A DNA stretch of 64,000 bases from a virus. The first letter of the stretch is position 1. Each line of letters begins with the position of its first letter. The notes below the pieces were generated by a model. The model was not told the origin of the DNA. It saw only the letters and a program-made list of their open reading frames with translations, and searched no databases. The position numbers and the translations under genes were made by a program. The stretch is from positions 1-64,000 of IMG/VR virus record IMGVR_UViG_3300008259_002809. The stretch is one strand, 5' to 3'. Positions 28,646 to 37,945 of this stretch are shown piece by piece.

Positions 28646-28842
28646 TGTTTTTCAAAGTTCTCAAATTAACACAGGTTGATTTTGTTCAACTGTTGGTAGT
28701 GTTGGATCAAGATGAAAAGCCCATGTTGACAATCTACAACGAACACGAAGGCAAGACTCTATTGCGTATGTGTGAACCCAGCATTGAAAATCTTGATCGT
28801 GCAGTAAAAATTTTAAACGGACTTGATAGAGGAGACTTCTAA
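28645..28842 (+). CDS. Hypothetical protein
   Basis: GAGGAG SD, translational coupling. Confidence 0.55.
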   Translation: MFFKVLKLTQVDFVQLLVVLDQDEKPMLTIYNEHEGKTLLRMCEPSIENLDRAVKILNGLDRGDF

Positions 28843-29172
28843 ATGGCTCGCCAGTGGATAGTGTTATTTGACACTTTAGGAGTTGACACTTTGATACCTT
28901 GGGACGAAATCAAACAAGATGCCATGCTGGATGTGTTGGCAGGACGTAAGCCCAAAGGATATCTAGACAAACGTGTTAACATGATGGTTTTGCGAGCCCA
29001 AGCCAATATGCAACGCTGGCCTGAAGTTTGGGCCTATGATACTGCCGAGGATTACGAATATGAAGAAATGCGAAAGATCTGGGAAGGCGCACCGCAGTCT
29101 GTGGCAGATGCAGTTCGAGATAGAGGAACTAACCTTTTTCGACACCAACGGCAAAAGGAAGTTATTGTTTGA
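28843..29172 (+). CDS. Hypothetical protein
   Basis: GAGGAG SD, clean ORF. Confidence 0.65.
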   Translation: MARQWIVLFDTLGVDTLIPWDEIKQDAMLDVLAGRKPKGYLDKRVNMMVLRAQANMQRWPEVWAYDTAEDYEYEEMRKIWEGAPQSVADAVRDRGTNLFRHQRQKEVIV

Positions 29173-29202
29173 TGTTAAATAAATGTCTACGGAGGTATAA
29201 AC

Positions 29203-29886
29203 ATGTCATTTAATGATACAGTTATGGAATCGTCGGGTATTGATCAAGGACTTAGGTCATACTTCAATGATATCTTTTTACGCATGACCTTTGCATTGGT
29301 CTTGAGTGCTGTGACTGCCTATATTGGCTCAACAGTTCCGGCCTTGTATGCTGGAGGCATCCTGACTTGGCTGATTATTCTCAGTCCATTGGCCGTTGTG
29401 CTGGTCATGAGTTTTGGTGCAGAGCGCCTCAGCAACAATGCATTGATTCTTTGCTTTGTGGCCTTTGCAGGCCTTAATGGTCTTGCCATGGGGTCACTGC
29501 TGTTGGCCTATACTGGTGCCAGTGTTGTTTCGGCATTCTTCTTGGCCGCGGCTGTGTTTGCAACTTTTGCCATCCTAGGCTATACTACCAAACGAGATCT
29601 AACCAGCATGGGTTCATTCCTACTGGTGGGATTGATTGGTATCATCATTGCCAGCCTTGTCAACATTTGGTTGGCATTGCCTGCCCTGGCCGCTACCATC
29701 AATGTGTTGTCTGTGCTGATTTTTGTAGGCCTAACTGCTTACGATGTGCAGATGCTGAAAAACACTTACTATGAAGGCGGTGACAGTGGTAAAACTCGCA
29801 CACTGGGGGCATTGAGTCTCTACCTAGACTTCATCAACATCTTTATCAACCTGCTACAGTTGTTGGGAGTCAAAAAGGACGACTAA
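29203..29886 (+). CDS. Bax inhibitor-1/YccA family membrane protein
   Basis: Seven TM helices, GYTTKRDLT.MG, AYD.Q..K, GALSLYLDFINIF. Confidence 0.93.
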   Translation: MSFNDTVMESSGIDQGLRSYFNDIFLRMTFALVLSAVTAYIGSTVPALYAGGILTWLIILSPLAVVLVMSFGAERLSNNALILCFVAFAGLNGLAMGSLLLAYTGASVVSAFFLAAAVFATFAILGYTTKRDLTSMGSFLLVGLIGIIIASLVNIWLALPALAATINVLSVLIFVGLTAYDVQMLKNTYYEGGDSGKTRTLGALSLYLDFINIFINLLQLLGVKKDD

Positions 29887-29887
29887 A

Positions 29888-30529
29888 ATGCAGTTTCGTA
29901 AAGTATGGCGAGTGAGACAAGACATTCGACGCTTACTTTACGACCGAGGCCGTCCGGTTGAGGATCTACAAGTCCTTGCCAGGCGGCTTGGTCGTTTTCT
30001 AAACAAGAAATATAAAACACAATTTCATTGGAACCCCAGTGAAGTATTGGATGCTGGTCACTTGGTGTTTTCAGGCAACTTTGACTCTTATGTAAAACAT
30101 CAGCCCATCAGTATTTGGATCAACACACGACCCGAAGACAAAGTCTATGAATTTGACCGTGAAGGTTTTATTTCTTGGCAACGTTTCGTCAATGACTTGT
30201 CTGAGTGTATCATGCACGAAAAAGTGCATCAATTCCAATACCACAGGCATAAAAACCGTAGTCGTATAAATCTCAAAAAGTCTGACAACGAAGAACTAGA
30301 CTACTATTCAGATCCCGATGAAATCGATGCTTACTCTTGGAGCCTGGCATCAGAGTTGTTGGATCACAGCCAAGGCTTTGTTCTTCCAGAACCAGATCAA
30401 CCTGACCTGTCCTACTCAATTTGGTGGAACTATGCTAATATCTTTGATGCTGGGCATCCGGTAAGAAAGAGATTATTGTGCAAGACTTACAAGAGGGTTC
30501 AACTGGCGTTGGAGAATGATGTCAAGTAA
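29888..30529 (+). CDS. HExxH metallopeptidase-like protein
   Basis: IMHEKVHQFQ...YY..PDEIDAY. Confidence 0.65.
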   Translation: MQFRKVWRVRQDIRRLLYDRGRPVEDLQVLARRLGRFLNKKYKTQFHWNPSEVLDAGHLVFSGNFDSYVKHQPISIWINTRPEDKVYEFDREGFISWQRFVNDLSECIMHEKVHQFQYHRHKNRSRINLKKSDNEELDYYSDPDEIDAYSWSLASELLDHSQGFVLPEPDQPDLSYSIWWNYANIFDAGHPVRKRLLCKTYKRVQLALENDVK

Positions 30530-31057
30530 TTCTTGGCTCTGTAAAACTTCATTGTGTCCGTATTTCAAACCAATTTCAGTATGCGGGCGAAACAGTTCCT
30601 GTTGACTGCGAACGGTAACTACTCCGTCATTGGAACCAACACCCAAGAGATCAAATCCTCGACTGCAAACAACATTGGTCCAAGGCACAGGCGGATCAAG
30701 CAATCTACATTGTGTTGTCCAAGGTTCAAGTCTCGAAACCATACGCAACCAGGGTGTAGAAAAGTTAAACAGTTTCCAAACGTCAGCCTGTATGATACCT
30801 CCCCATGGAGTGGCAACAGAAACAGCACCTATCACTTTGTCAGGATTTCGTTGAGCCAAGTGCCAGGCATAAAGTCCTCCCATACTATGGCCAACTACCA
30901 GAGATGGGGAATCTAATTTGCTTTCCATTTCTGCTAGGTTCTCTTCAGGATCAGACATCATTTCCCATTCATATCGATCGTGATGTTCAAGTTGAGAACC
31001 GATCCAATTCCAACAAACTCTGGATGCGTTGGCACCGTGTATTAAGATAACTTTCAT
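30473..31057 (-). CDS. Alpha/beta hydrolase
   Basis: LIHG, GHSMGG, ATPWGG, NDGVV, HNEVL. Confidence 0.85.
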   Translation of the reverse strand: MKVILIHGANASRVCWNWIGSQLEHHDRYEWEMMSDPEENLAEMESKLDSPSLVVGHSMGGLYAWHLAQRNPDKVIGAVSVATPWGGIIQADVWKLFNFSTPWLRMVSRLEPWTTQCRLLDPPVPWTNVVCSRGFDLLGVGSNDGVVTVRSQQELFRPHTEIGLKYGHNEVLQSQELLDIILQRQLNPLVSLAQ

Positions 31058-31085
31058 TGACAAATCCTTGAATAACTGCTATACT
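31057..31085 (+). promoter_or_regulatory. sigma70-type promoter
   Basis: TTGACA-17bp-TATACT. Confidence 0.75.
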
Positions 31086-31095
31086 CGTATTTAAC

Positions 31096-31611
31096 ATGAA
31101 ACCAAAATATATTAAAGCACATATGAAGACCGCAGAAAATTATGCGGGACTCAGCACAGCACGACGCTTGCAGGTCGGTGCTATCATTGTCAAGCATGAC
31201 CGTATCATCAGCATTGGCTACAACGGTATGCCATCAGGATGGGACAATGACTGCGAAGACAAAGAATGGTGTAGTGCTGGTGGTTGGCTTAGTCCAGACG
31301 AAATTCTAGCCGGCTGGCCATATGAAGGTGAATACATTGACTCAGACGGCAACAAGATGCAAGGTCGTTACCGGCTAAAAACCAAACCCGAAGTCCTTCA
31401 TGCCGAAGCCAACGCTATTGCCAAGGTTGCCCGTAGTTCTGAAAGTGCTGAAGATGCAGTGATGTTTGTGACTCATGCTCCTTGCATGGAATGTGCAAAA
31501 CTCATTTACCAAAGTGGGATAAAACAGGTTTTTTGGCAACATAATTACAGAAACGAAGACGGATTAACATTTCTGCGTCAAGCAGGAATAACACTTAACA
31601 AGGTTGAATAA
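31096..31611 (+). CDS. dCMP deaminase
   Basis: VGAIIV, GYNG, HAEANAI, PCMECAK motifs. Confidence 0.92.
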   Translation: MKPKYIKAHMKTAENYAGLSTARRLQVGAIIVKHDRIISIGYNGMPSGWDNDCEDKEWCSAGGWLSPDEILAGWPYEGEYIDSDGNKMQGRYRLKTKPEVLHAEANAIAKVARSSESAEDAVMFVTHAPCMECAKLIYQSGIKQVFWQHNYRNEDGLTFLRQAGITLNKVE

Positions 31612-32462
31612 TGGCTCAGAGACACAACTATTGGTCATGCTCAAAATTTGCCGACTGGGTCCGCGGCATTAAAAAAGGTGGCGCAAAGACTGGACGCGGC
31701 TGGCGTGAATGGGAACAAGAAGGCAAGAAGTTGCACCCAGTTCGCTATTGGATTGCCGAAGAAGCACTGGATGCCGTGCAGAACTTTATTTGGTGGCCTG
31801 TTGACAAACTCTACGACGTCAAATACTACATCAACAACCGTTGGGTTACTCGCACTCATAGTCTTACTGCTCACCCTAGAGACATCAAACCTGGTCAGTG
31901 GCATGATGTTGGTAACAGGTTCCTTCCCTGCTTGTTCAACGAACTTGTGGACTTTGTAGAAGTTGAACTAGCATGGTGGCACATTGCTTGGAGTGACAAA
32001 GATGAACGGAAAAAATACAACCCCCCTTTCTGGGCCACCGGATGGTTCCGCTGGAGAACATGGCGTAGTCCACAGGCTGGTTTGGATAACCTCGATTGGC
32101 AACGTAATCTGGTATGGAAAGAAGAAGAACTTGGAGCAGATCACAAAGACATCGGGAAACCCACCTATCAGGCTGTTAAGGCCCAGGAAATCCTAGCACT
32201 CTATAAATGGTGGAAGGAAGTTTATCCAAATCGGCCAGACGTTCATGATGCCAGCGGCTGGTCTGCTTTATGCGAGCGCCGTAGACAAAAGAATGGTGAC
32301 CTTGGCCTGGGATTGTTTGACAGCGAAAATGAAACCGCCGCAGAAAAGCGCGAAATTTCTAAGGCGCTGAAACTCAGCCAAAAGATTGAAGATCAGTATA
32401 ACAAGGAAGACGAAGAAATGATGATTCGTCTTATTAAAATCCGCAACAGTCTCTGGACATGA
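31611..32462 (+). CDS. Hypothetical Trp-rich phage protein
   Basis: Long coupled ORF ending LIKIRNSLWT. Confidence 0.7.
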   Translation: MAQRHNYWSCSKFADWVRGIKKGGAKTGRGWREWEQEGKKLHPVRYWIAEEALDAVQNFIWWPVDKLYDVKYYINNRWVTRTHSLTAHPRDIKPGQWHDVGNRFLPCLFNELVDFVEVELAWWHIAWSDKDERKKYNPPFWATGWFRWRTWRSPQAGLDNLDWQRNLVWKEEELGADHKDIGKPTYQAVKAQEILALYKWWKEVYPNRPDVHDASGWSALCERRRQKNGDLGLGLFDSENETAAEKREISKALKLSQKIEDQYNKEDEEMMIRLIKIRNSLWT

Positions 32463-32671
32463 TCTTTCTTGACACAGAACTCCGTTGGCTCAAAGTTCCT
32501 ACCAATCATGTTTTGGACGGCACCACCATTGTCCAGAACTTTGAAAATGTGCTACAATACAGAACAAAGGTAGACGTTGTTGATTATAGTGCCACCAATC
32601 CCACAACACATGACTATGTTCGCAGAAAAGAATGGTCACCGTGGATTGATGTTCCTGTGGTTGACGCATGA
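32459..32671 (+). CDS. Hypothetical protein
   Basis: ELRW...LQYR...WSPW.DVP motif. Confidence 0.6.
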   Translation: MIFLDTELRWLKVPTNHVLDGTTIVQNFENVLQYRTKVDVVDYSATNPTTHDYVRRKEWSPWIDVPVVDA

Positions 32672-32683
32672 AAGACTAACTTA

Positions 32684-32881
32684 ATGAAAAAACAAAAAGA
32701 TCAGTATCAGGCAATCATTGAAGGCATGCGCCTCATTGAGGACCTGTTGATACCTCAGGTGACACCTAGAGTTCCTACTCACATTCGTGATCGGGCACGA
32801 ACGGTAATGCAAAACTTTCCCACTGAAACAGAGATCAAAACGATAATTGATAAAGCACAAAGAATTAAGGAGCCGCAATGA
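32684..32881 (+). CDS. BPSL0761-like small protein (paralog of 21518)
   Basis: PRVPTHIRDRARTVMQNFP aligns with PRIPIAVRKEAHSILRHYP. Confidence 0.6.
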   Translation: MKKQKDQYQAIIEGMRLIEDLLIPQVTPRVPTHIRDRARTVMQNFPTETEIKTIIDKAQRIKEPQ

Positions 32882-33078
32882 AACAATTTACAGTAAAAGA
32901 AACACCAGGATTCAGACTGCGTGTTCATAGTTGGAAATGTCAAAGTCCTGCTGATTTAAATGCCGTAGAGTTTATCCAGGAATCAATGAAAGACGGTAAG
33001 GTAGACATGACATCTACCTATCAGTTTTTTATAACCGACGATGAGATCAAAACTCTTTGCCAAGGAATGCTGTCATGA
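32878..33078 (+). CDS. Hypothetical protein
   Basis: AAGGAG SD, coupling. Confidence 0.6.
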   Translation: MKQFTVKETPGFRLRVHSWKCQSPADLNAVEFIQESMKDGKVDMTSTYQFFITDDEIKTLCQGMLS

Positions 33079-33251
33079 AACATTGGGTTACCACTGTCCA
33101 AGAAGATCCTGAAACAGGAGATGCCATTATTGAGTTTCCTGAAGCCCTCCTAGCAGAAGTTGGTTGGAAGGAAGGCGACGTGCTGAATTGGAAAGTTGAA
33201 CCAGATGGCACTTGTATTTTAACCAAGGTAGAACCTCCAGAGGCAACATGA
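33075..33251 (+). CDS. AbrB/MazE-type DNA-binding small protein
   Basis: IIEFPEALLAEVGWKEGDVL.W pattern. Confidence 0.7.
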   Translation: MKHWVTTVQEDPETGDAIIEFPEALLAEVGWKEGDVLNWKVEPDGTCILTKVEPPEAT

Positions 33252-33730
33252 CTCAACTTTACCGCATTATACCGTTGGAAAAGAAGTCCATTGAATATTT
33301 TGTGGATGTGTTTGAGCAGTTACCAGACGGCACAATCCGCGGATTTGACGTCACTGAGACTTGGCGCTGGGGGCAAGGATGGCGTGAGGAAGACGAACCT
33401 GTTTGGCGCTTTGAAGTAGAAAGCAACAACGGCATCCACTGTAGACCCAACGTAGGATGGGGTTGTGAACTAGACGATCTTTGTGCTGTCTATGTAAACT
33501 TCAGCGACGGGTTCTCAGAAGAAGAAAAAGAAGAAATTGAAGCCATACTTCGTTGGGAGCGTGAGGACGAAGATGGTCGATCTGGAACTGCTTGGCTCTA
33601 TGACGGAGATCATAATTGGGAAATTGAAGATGATCACGTTAGGATAATTGGCCCTGCTAAAATTGATTTGTGCGATGAAGATGGCACAGTCTTGCAGGAA
33701 AATGTTAAACCCTATGATGAAGGCGAGTAA
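33248..33730 (+). CDS. Hypothetical acidic protein
   Basis: GAGG SD, coupled ORF. Confidence 0.65.
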   Translation: MTQLYRIIPLEKKSIEYFVDVFEQLPDGTIRGFDVTETWRWGQGWREEDEPVWRFEVESNNGIHCRPNVGWGCELDDLCAVYVNFSDGFSEEEKEEIEAILRWEREDEDGRSGTAWLYDGDHNWEIEDDHVRIIGPAKIDLCDEDGTVLQENVKPYDEGE

Positions 33731-33732
33731 GG

Positions 33733-34320
33733 ATGTCACAGCAGGCATTTAACAAATCAAATCCCGGTAACCATGTCATGGTTGACCTTGAAACTCTTGG
33801 CACTAGACCCAACAGCCTAATGCTTACAATTGGTGCTGTTAGGTTTAATCCATGGAAGGATGACAGCAACACTTCTATGGAAAAGATGGAAACATTTTAT
33901 CGCCGTGTCAGCATTGATAGTTTTGAAGGATTGGATCATGTCATTGATGATGCTACACTGGAGTGGTGGGGCAATCAAAGCGAAGAAGTTAGAGAAGAAG
34001 CCTTTGCCGAAGACAATCGGCATGACATCCGCAATGTTCTAGCAGATTTCCATCGTTGGTGTGGTGGACTAGATGCTATTTGGGCCAACGGCACTGGCTT
34101 TGACTTGAATATATTGGAACACTTTAGTCGTGAACTCAAGCGTGGCGTTGCTTGGAACTATTGGCAAGCCCGAGATGCACGAACCCTATACAGCCTAGTG
34201 CCAGGACTGCAACGACCCCAAGGTGCCGCACACCATGCACTCTGGGATTGTTGGAGCCAGGTGGTAGGTGTGCAAAGAAGTTTTGCCGCTTTAGGCATCA
34301 ACGAACTTCACAACAGATAA
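33733..34320 (+). CDS. DEDDh 3'-5' exonuclease
   Basis: MVDLETLG, WANG..FD, RD.RT, HHALWD. Confidence 0.88.
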   Translation: MSQQAFNKSNPGNHVMVDLETLGTRPNSLMLTIGAVRFNPWKDDSNTSMEKMETFYRRVSIDSFEGLDHVIDDATLEWWGNQSEEVREEAFAEDNRHDIRNVLADFHRWCGGLDAIWANGTGFDLNILEHFSRELKRGVAWNYWQARDARTLYSLVPGLQRPQGAAHHALWDCWSQVVGVQRSFAALGINELHNR

Positions 34321-34342
34321 TGCTTGTATAAGTATCTGTCTA

Positions 34343-34388
34343 AGCGGTCTCATAAGACATTCACCCCGCTCTATAAATTCTGCATGTC
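34343..34388 (+). promoter_or_regulatory. Candidate pseudoknot riboswitch (preQ1-I-like) upstream of queD
   Basis: AGCGG/CCGCT stem, loop GACAT complementary to downstream ATGTC, A-rich linker. Confidence 0.45.
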
Positions 34389-34422
34389 ATCAAACTTGCT
34401 ACTTTTAAAAAGGAGAGAAGAG

Positions 34423-34950
34423 ATGGCAAAATATCTATCAACAAAAACTTACGGCAACGATCGAGGACTCAGTTGTTGCTTCCGCCAGTGGCGTTCAACA
34501 CACAGTCATTGCAGTCTACTACATGGCTATTCTATTGGTATCAAATTAGTGTTTGAAAGTGAAACCTTAGATGATCGTAACTGGGTCATGGACTTTGGCG
34601 GACTCAAAGCATTCAAAGAATGGTCGGAATGGCAATTTGATCATACCATGGTCATTGCCAAAGATGATCCAGAACGCAATACGTTTGTAGAACTTAATCG
34701 AATCCAAGGCGGCTTTAAAAACATGGGCATTATTGATCTGCGTATTGTAGACGGTGTGGGCTGTGAAATGTTTGCTGAACTAGTTTACAAGACCATGAAT
34801 GAAATCTTGGCCGCTTATCAAGAAGGCCGAGGATGGACACACCCAGACGGTCGAGTATTTGAAGCACGTTATCCGGTAGGACAAGGTGTAAGACTACGTT
34901 CGGCCGAGGTGTTCGAACATGCAGGCAATTCTGCAATCTACGAGGGATAA
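34423..34950 (+). CDS. queD: 6-carboxytetrahydropterin synthase (QueD/PTPS family)
   Basis: HCSLLHGY, WVMDFGGLK, FDHT, CE.FA, V.EH..NSA.Y. Confidence 0.82.
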   Translation: MAKYLSTKTYGNDRGLSCCFRQWRSTHSHCSLLHGYSIGIKLVFESETLDDRNWVMDFGGLKAFKEWSEWQFDHTMVIAKDDPERNTFVELNRIQGGFKNMGIIDLRIVDGVGCEMFAELVYKTMNEILAAYQEGRGWTHPDGRVFEARYPVGQGVRLRSAEVFEHAGNSAIYEG

Positions 34951-34961
34951 CTTTAATCCCC

Positions 34962-35318
34962 ATGCGTGAAACCAATCTTGGTGATCTAAATCAATACTAC
35001 AGTCGAGGATACACACCTGACAACTGGAATAGATCCACCAAGGTTTGGTTGGTTGATCTTCACGAGTCTTATCTCAGCGAAACATACGGTCCTCATCCTG
35101 GCTTTGCAGTTGACGCTGGCATTTTGGGCATGCCTGCTCAGATCATTGATGAAGCCACAGACATGAGCCAAAATTGGGTAGGTTGGGGATTCTATACGCA
35201 CAACACCAAAAACAGCGTGTATTCAAACATTCCAGTTTTGTTGTTTGCCAAAAAAGAAGATGCACTGATGGCACGATTGCGTTGGACTGGCAGTCCGTGG
35301 CTTACTTTGTGCGGTTAA
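34962..35318 (+). CDS. Hypothetical protein
   Basis: Clean ORF with C-terminal F...EDA...RLRW motif. Confidence 0.55.
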   Translation: MRETNLGDLNQYYSRGYTPDNWNRSTKVWLVDLHESYLSETYGPHPGFAVDAGILGMPAQIIDEATDMSQNWVGWGFYTHNTKNSVYSNIPVLLFAKKEDALMARLRWTGSPWLTLCG

Positions 35319-35337
35319 ATAGCAGTTGGAGATATCA

Positions 35338-35547
35338 ATGACTAAACTCAAATCATGGTTAGGGCAAATCATCAATGATGAAAAAACAGTGGAGTCAAAT
35401 CCGCTGATTGTTAGTCCACGATTCAAGCGTGAAAATTTAGAAACCATGACCAAGGTAGAGTTGTTGAATTATGCCAAACAACATGATATCTTCATCAATG
35501 CCAGGAAACGCAAAGAAGAAATCATTATGATTTTACTAAGGAATTAA
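35338..35547 (+). CDS. Small protein with Rho-N/HeH-like domain
   Basis: LETMTKVELLNYAKQHDI......RKEEII. Confidence 0.6.
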   Translation: MTKLKSWLGQIINDEKTVESNPLIVSPRFKRENLETMTKVELLNYAKQHDIFINARKRKEEIIMILLRN

Positions 35548-35550
35548 ACA

Positions 35551-35895
35551 ATGCAAACTCTAGAAGATCGAGTAACTATCACTGAAGCCGCGGTTCAGCA
35601 GATTCAAGAAATCATAGCCGGAGAAGGATCAGACTTTAATTCTGCACTCAGAATTTTTGTTCAGGGCGGTGGATGCAGTGGTTTTCAATACGGGTTTACT
35701 TTTGACGAAGAAGTCAATGATGATGATTGGCAATTTGACAAGGAAGGAGTGCGTGTTCTAGTTGATTCAATGAGCATGCAGTATCTTGAAGGAGCCACAA
35801 TTGATTTTAAAAAGCAATTGTCTGGTTCTAGTTTTGTAATTTCCAATCCCAATGCCAAATCATCATGTGGTTGTGGATCAAGTTTTAACGCTTGA
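35551..35895 (+). CDS. erpA: Iron-sulfur cluster insertion protein ErpA (IscA/HesB family)
   Basis: [42 protein letters not shown]. Confidence 0.92.
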   Translation: MQTLEDRVTITEAAVQQIQEIIAGEGSDFNSALRIFVQGGGCSGFQYGFTFDEEVNDDDWQFDKEGVRVLVDSMSMQYLEGATIDFKKQLSGSSFVISNPNAKSSCGCGSSFNA

Positions 35896-35920
35896 CACAG
35901 CAACAACATTAAGTTAAAAT
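35892..35920 (+). promoter_or_regulatory. sigma70-type promoter
   Basis: TTGACA-17bp-TAAAAT. Confidence 0.65.
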
Positions 35921-35926
35921 AATATT

Positions 35927-36154
35927 ATGGAAAATTACGCCGACATGAATATGGATCAACTGATGGAACGTCAGAAGTTGATTTACAAAAAGTATTCAGC
36001 GGCCATGGCCGCAGGCGCAAGCATGGATGTAATTAACCAAATGGTCACACACATGGATCAAATCAGACAAGCACTTTGGGAAATTGGCTACAAGCAGACC
36101 TTTGATGCACAAAACAAAAATGAATCAGACCCCTTCAAAGACAGTATTGTTTGA
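35927..36154 (+). CDS. Hypothetical protein
   Basis: Helical ORF after promoter. Confidence 0.65.
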   Translation: MENYADMNMDQLMERQKLIYKKYSAAMAAGASMDVINQMVTHMDQIRQALWEIGYKQTFDAQNKNESDPFKDSIV

Positions 36155-36155
36155 T

Positions 36156-36632
36156 ATGCCGCAGACACAGTTAAACGAAGACGACCTTTTGGAGTTACTT
36201 TATCAAGAGCGCACAGGTGGGTTAACAGCACACCCTGATGTGCTTGATGCTTATGTTCGGGGTTGTGAGAATCTAGGACTAGAAAAAAGATTCTACATTC
36301 AGGACCAGCCAAAGTCTGTGGAAGACGCACTACAACATTGGAGCATGCCCGAAGAGTATCAACATTTGGATTTGGACATGTATTTTGCCACAAGGATCAC
36401 CACTGCTCAAGAAGCCGAGCGTGTGGCCGAAGAACTGGCGTTGTTTAGACTAAACGGTCTTGACACCATGCTGAGGTTCATGATATATATGGTTAAGACC
36501 ATGCGAGATAACAAAGTTGTGTGGGGAGTAGGTCGAGGTAGTTCAGTCAGTTCTTTTCTGCTTTATTTGATAGGACTACACTCAATTAACCCGCTTAAAT
36601 ATAATCTAGACATCAAGGAGTTCATTAAATGA
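36156..36632 (+). CDS. DNA polymerase III alpha (DnaE)-like fragment
   Basis: R..EEL..F, VWGVGRGSS.SS..LYLIG...INPLKYNL...EF matches the DnaE GRGS region; only ~158 aa. Confidence 0.8.
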   Translation: MPQTQLNEDDLLELLYQERTGGLTAHPDVLDAYVRGCENLGLEKRFYIQDQPKSVEDALQHWSMPEEYQHLDLDMYFATRITTAQEAERVAEELALFRLNGLDTMLRFMIYMVKTMRDNKVVWGVGRGSSVSSFLLYLIGLHSINPLKYNLDIKEFIK

Positions 36633-37012
36633 TAAGACACAAGACTTTCCGAGGACAGGAATTCAACATGACTGCCTTTGCGGAAAAAAACGGTGATACT
36701 CGTGCGCTTAGTAATGTGTCAATGAACGCCCGCGGAGACATCATTGACAAAGCAGGCAACGTAAAAGTCAAATCTGGGCAAATTTCCAAAGGACTCAGCA
36801 AGATCAACGACAAACGTTCTAAGACTGTGAGTCTCAAGGATGACGAAGAAACTGCACCAGTCAAACAAAGTCAAATTGAGCCAGATTCAACACCTCAGGT
36901 AGCACCAAAAATTTCCGCTACAATTGTTTCAGAACGAGAAGTAGACACACCCGAAGGTCCAGGAATTGAAGTTGAATATTCCGATGGATCCATTGAAATC
37001 ATAAAGAAGTAA
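36629..37012 (+). CDS. Hypothetical protein
   Basis: AAGGAG SD; MNARGD motif. Confidence 0.7.
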   Translation: MIRHKTFRGQEFNMTAFAEKNGDTRALSNVSMNARGDIIDKAGNVKVKSGQISKGLSKINDKRSKTVSLKDDEETAPVKQSQIEPDSTPQVAPKISATIVSEREVDTPEGPGIEVEYSDGSIEIIKK

Positions 37013-37014
37013 CA

Positions 37015-37326
37015 ATGAAAATCAAACCACTTAGTAAACGTATTTTGGCAGAGTTGCTAGGACTTGAAGAACGTGTAAGTGCTGGCGGTATTATTTTAAA
37101 AGCAGACAATGGAAAAGACCACGGCATCAGGCCACGTTGGGCATTGATCAAGTATGTTGGCGATGGTATTGATTGGGTCAAACCCGGCGACTATGTGTTG
37201 GTTGCACACGGTCGTTGGACACGAGCCTTGGAAATCGAAGATGACGAAGGCAAAAAACTCAAAGTTGTTCGCTTGGACAACGATGAAATTTTAGCAGTTC
37301 ATACCGGTGTTCCGGAGGAACTATGA
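37015..37326 (+). CDS. Co-chaperonin GroES-like protein
   Basis: MKIKPL..RIL, SAGGIIL, VG.G...VKPGD.VL, EILA. Confidence 0.85.
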   Translation: MKIKPLSKRILAELLGLEERVSAGGIILKADNGKDHGIRPRWALIKYVGDGIDWVKPGDYVLVAHGRWTRALEIEDDEGKKLKVVRLDNDEILAVHTGVPEEL

Positions 37327-37496
37327 CAACTACCAATTTCAAATGTGACACCTGCGGTCAGCAGTATTCCTTTGCCTGTGATTGGAAACAGGGTCGTTGC
37401 CCGCATCATCCCCCTTTCATCAACTCGCATTCAATGCGATTCTATAACTTGTTCACTGCTATAAAAGGGTTTTTCAAACGTGGAAGTTCAACCTAA
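37323..37496 (+). CDS. Small Cys/His protein (57 aa, not in ORF track)
   Basis: CDTC...CDWKQGRCPHH; GGAGG SD. Confidence 0.55.
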   Translation: MTTTNFKCDTCGQQYSFACDWKQGRCPHHPPFINSHSMRFYNLFTAIKGFFKRGSST

Positions 37497-37668
37497 AGAC
37501 ACAAGCCGAGGCCATTTTTATGTGAGCCTTATCAAAAGCGTCTTGAGAATTATTGCTGGAGGTTGTATCATCACAGCCGGTTACGCTATCAACCAACCCT
37601 GGATTGTTGCAGGCGGTGTGTTGCTACTTGGAGCAGAAATACTAGGCATTGTTGAGGAACTGGTTTGA
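37480..37668 (+). CDS. Small membrane protein
   Basis: HFYVSLIKS.LRI, AEILGIVEELV; two TM segments. Confidence 0.65.
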   Translation: MEVQPKDTSRGHFYVSLIKSVLRIIAGGCIITAGYAINQPWIVAGGVLLLGAEILGIVEELV

Positions 37669-37892
37669 ACCACAAACTAGACATACTTTGGGAAATACAA
37701 CGATTGGGGATGAACTCTCGAGACCCAAGGATGGATGGTTTCAACTGTTGGGGCAACAAACAACGACTCTATGAGATCCTTTGGGAAACCCAAAGGCAAT
37801 TGGAACTTGCCCCACACTTCTCCGTAGAAGACGAATGGTTGTTGGAGAAAAAACAAGAACGGTTCGTTGAAAAACTTCAAGGTCATCGTTGA
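37665..37892 (+). CDS. Hypothetical protein
   Basis: DGF..WG.KQ.LY motif; coupled. Confidence 0.6.
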   Translation: MNHKLDILWEIQRLGMNSRDPRMDGFNCWGNKQRLYEILWETQRQLELAPHFSVEDEWLLEKKQERFVEKLQGHR

Positions 37893-37917
37893 CTTTTTCT
37901 GCGTTCTCGCTTATAAT
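37889..37917 (+). promoter_or_regulatory. sigma70-type promoter
   Basis: TTGACT-17bp-TATAAT. Confidence 0.8.
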
Positions 37918-37945
37918 CAGATATAACATCTGAATAAGGATTGAC

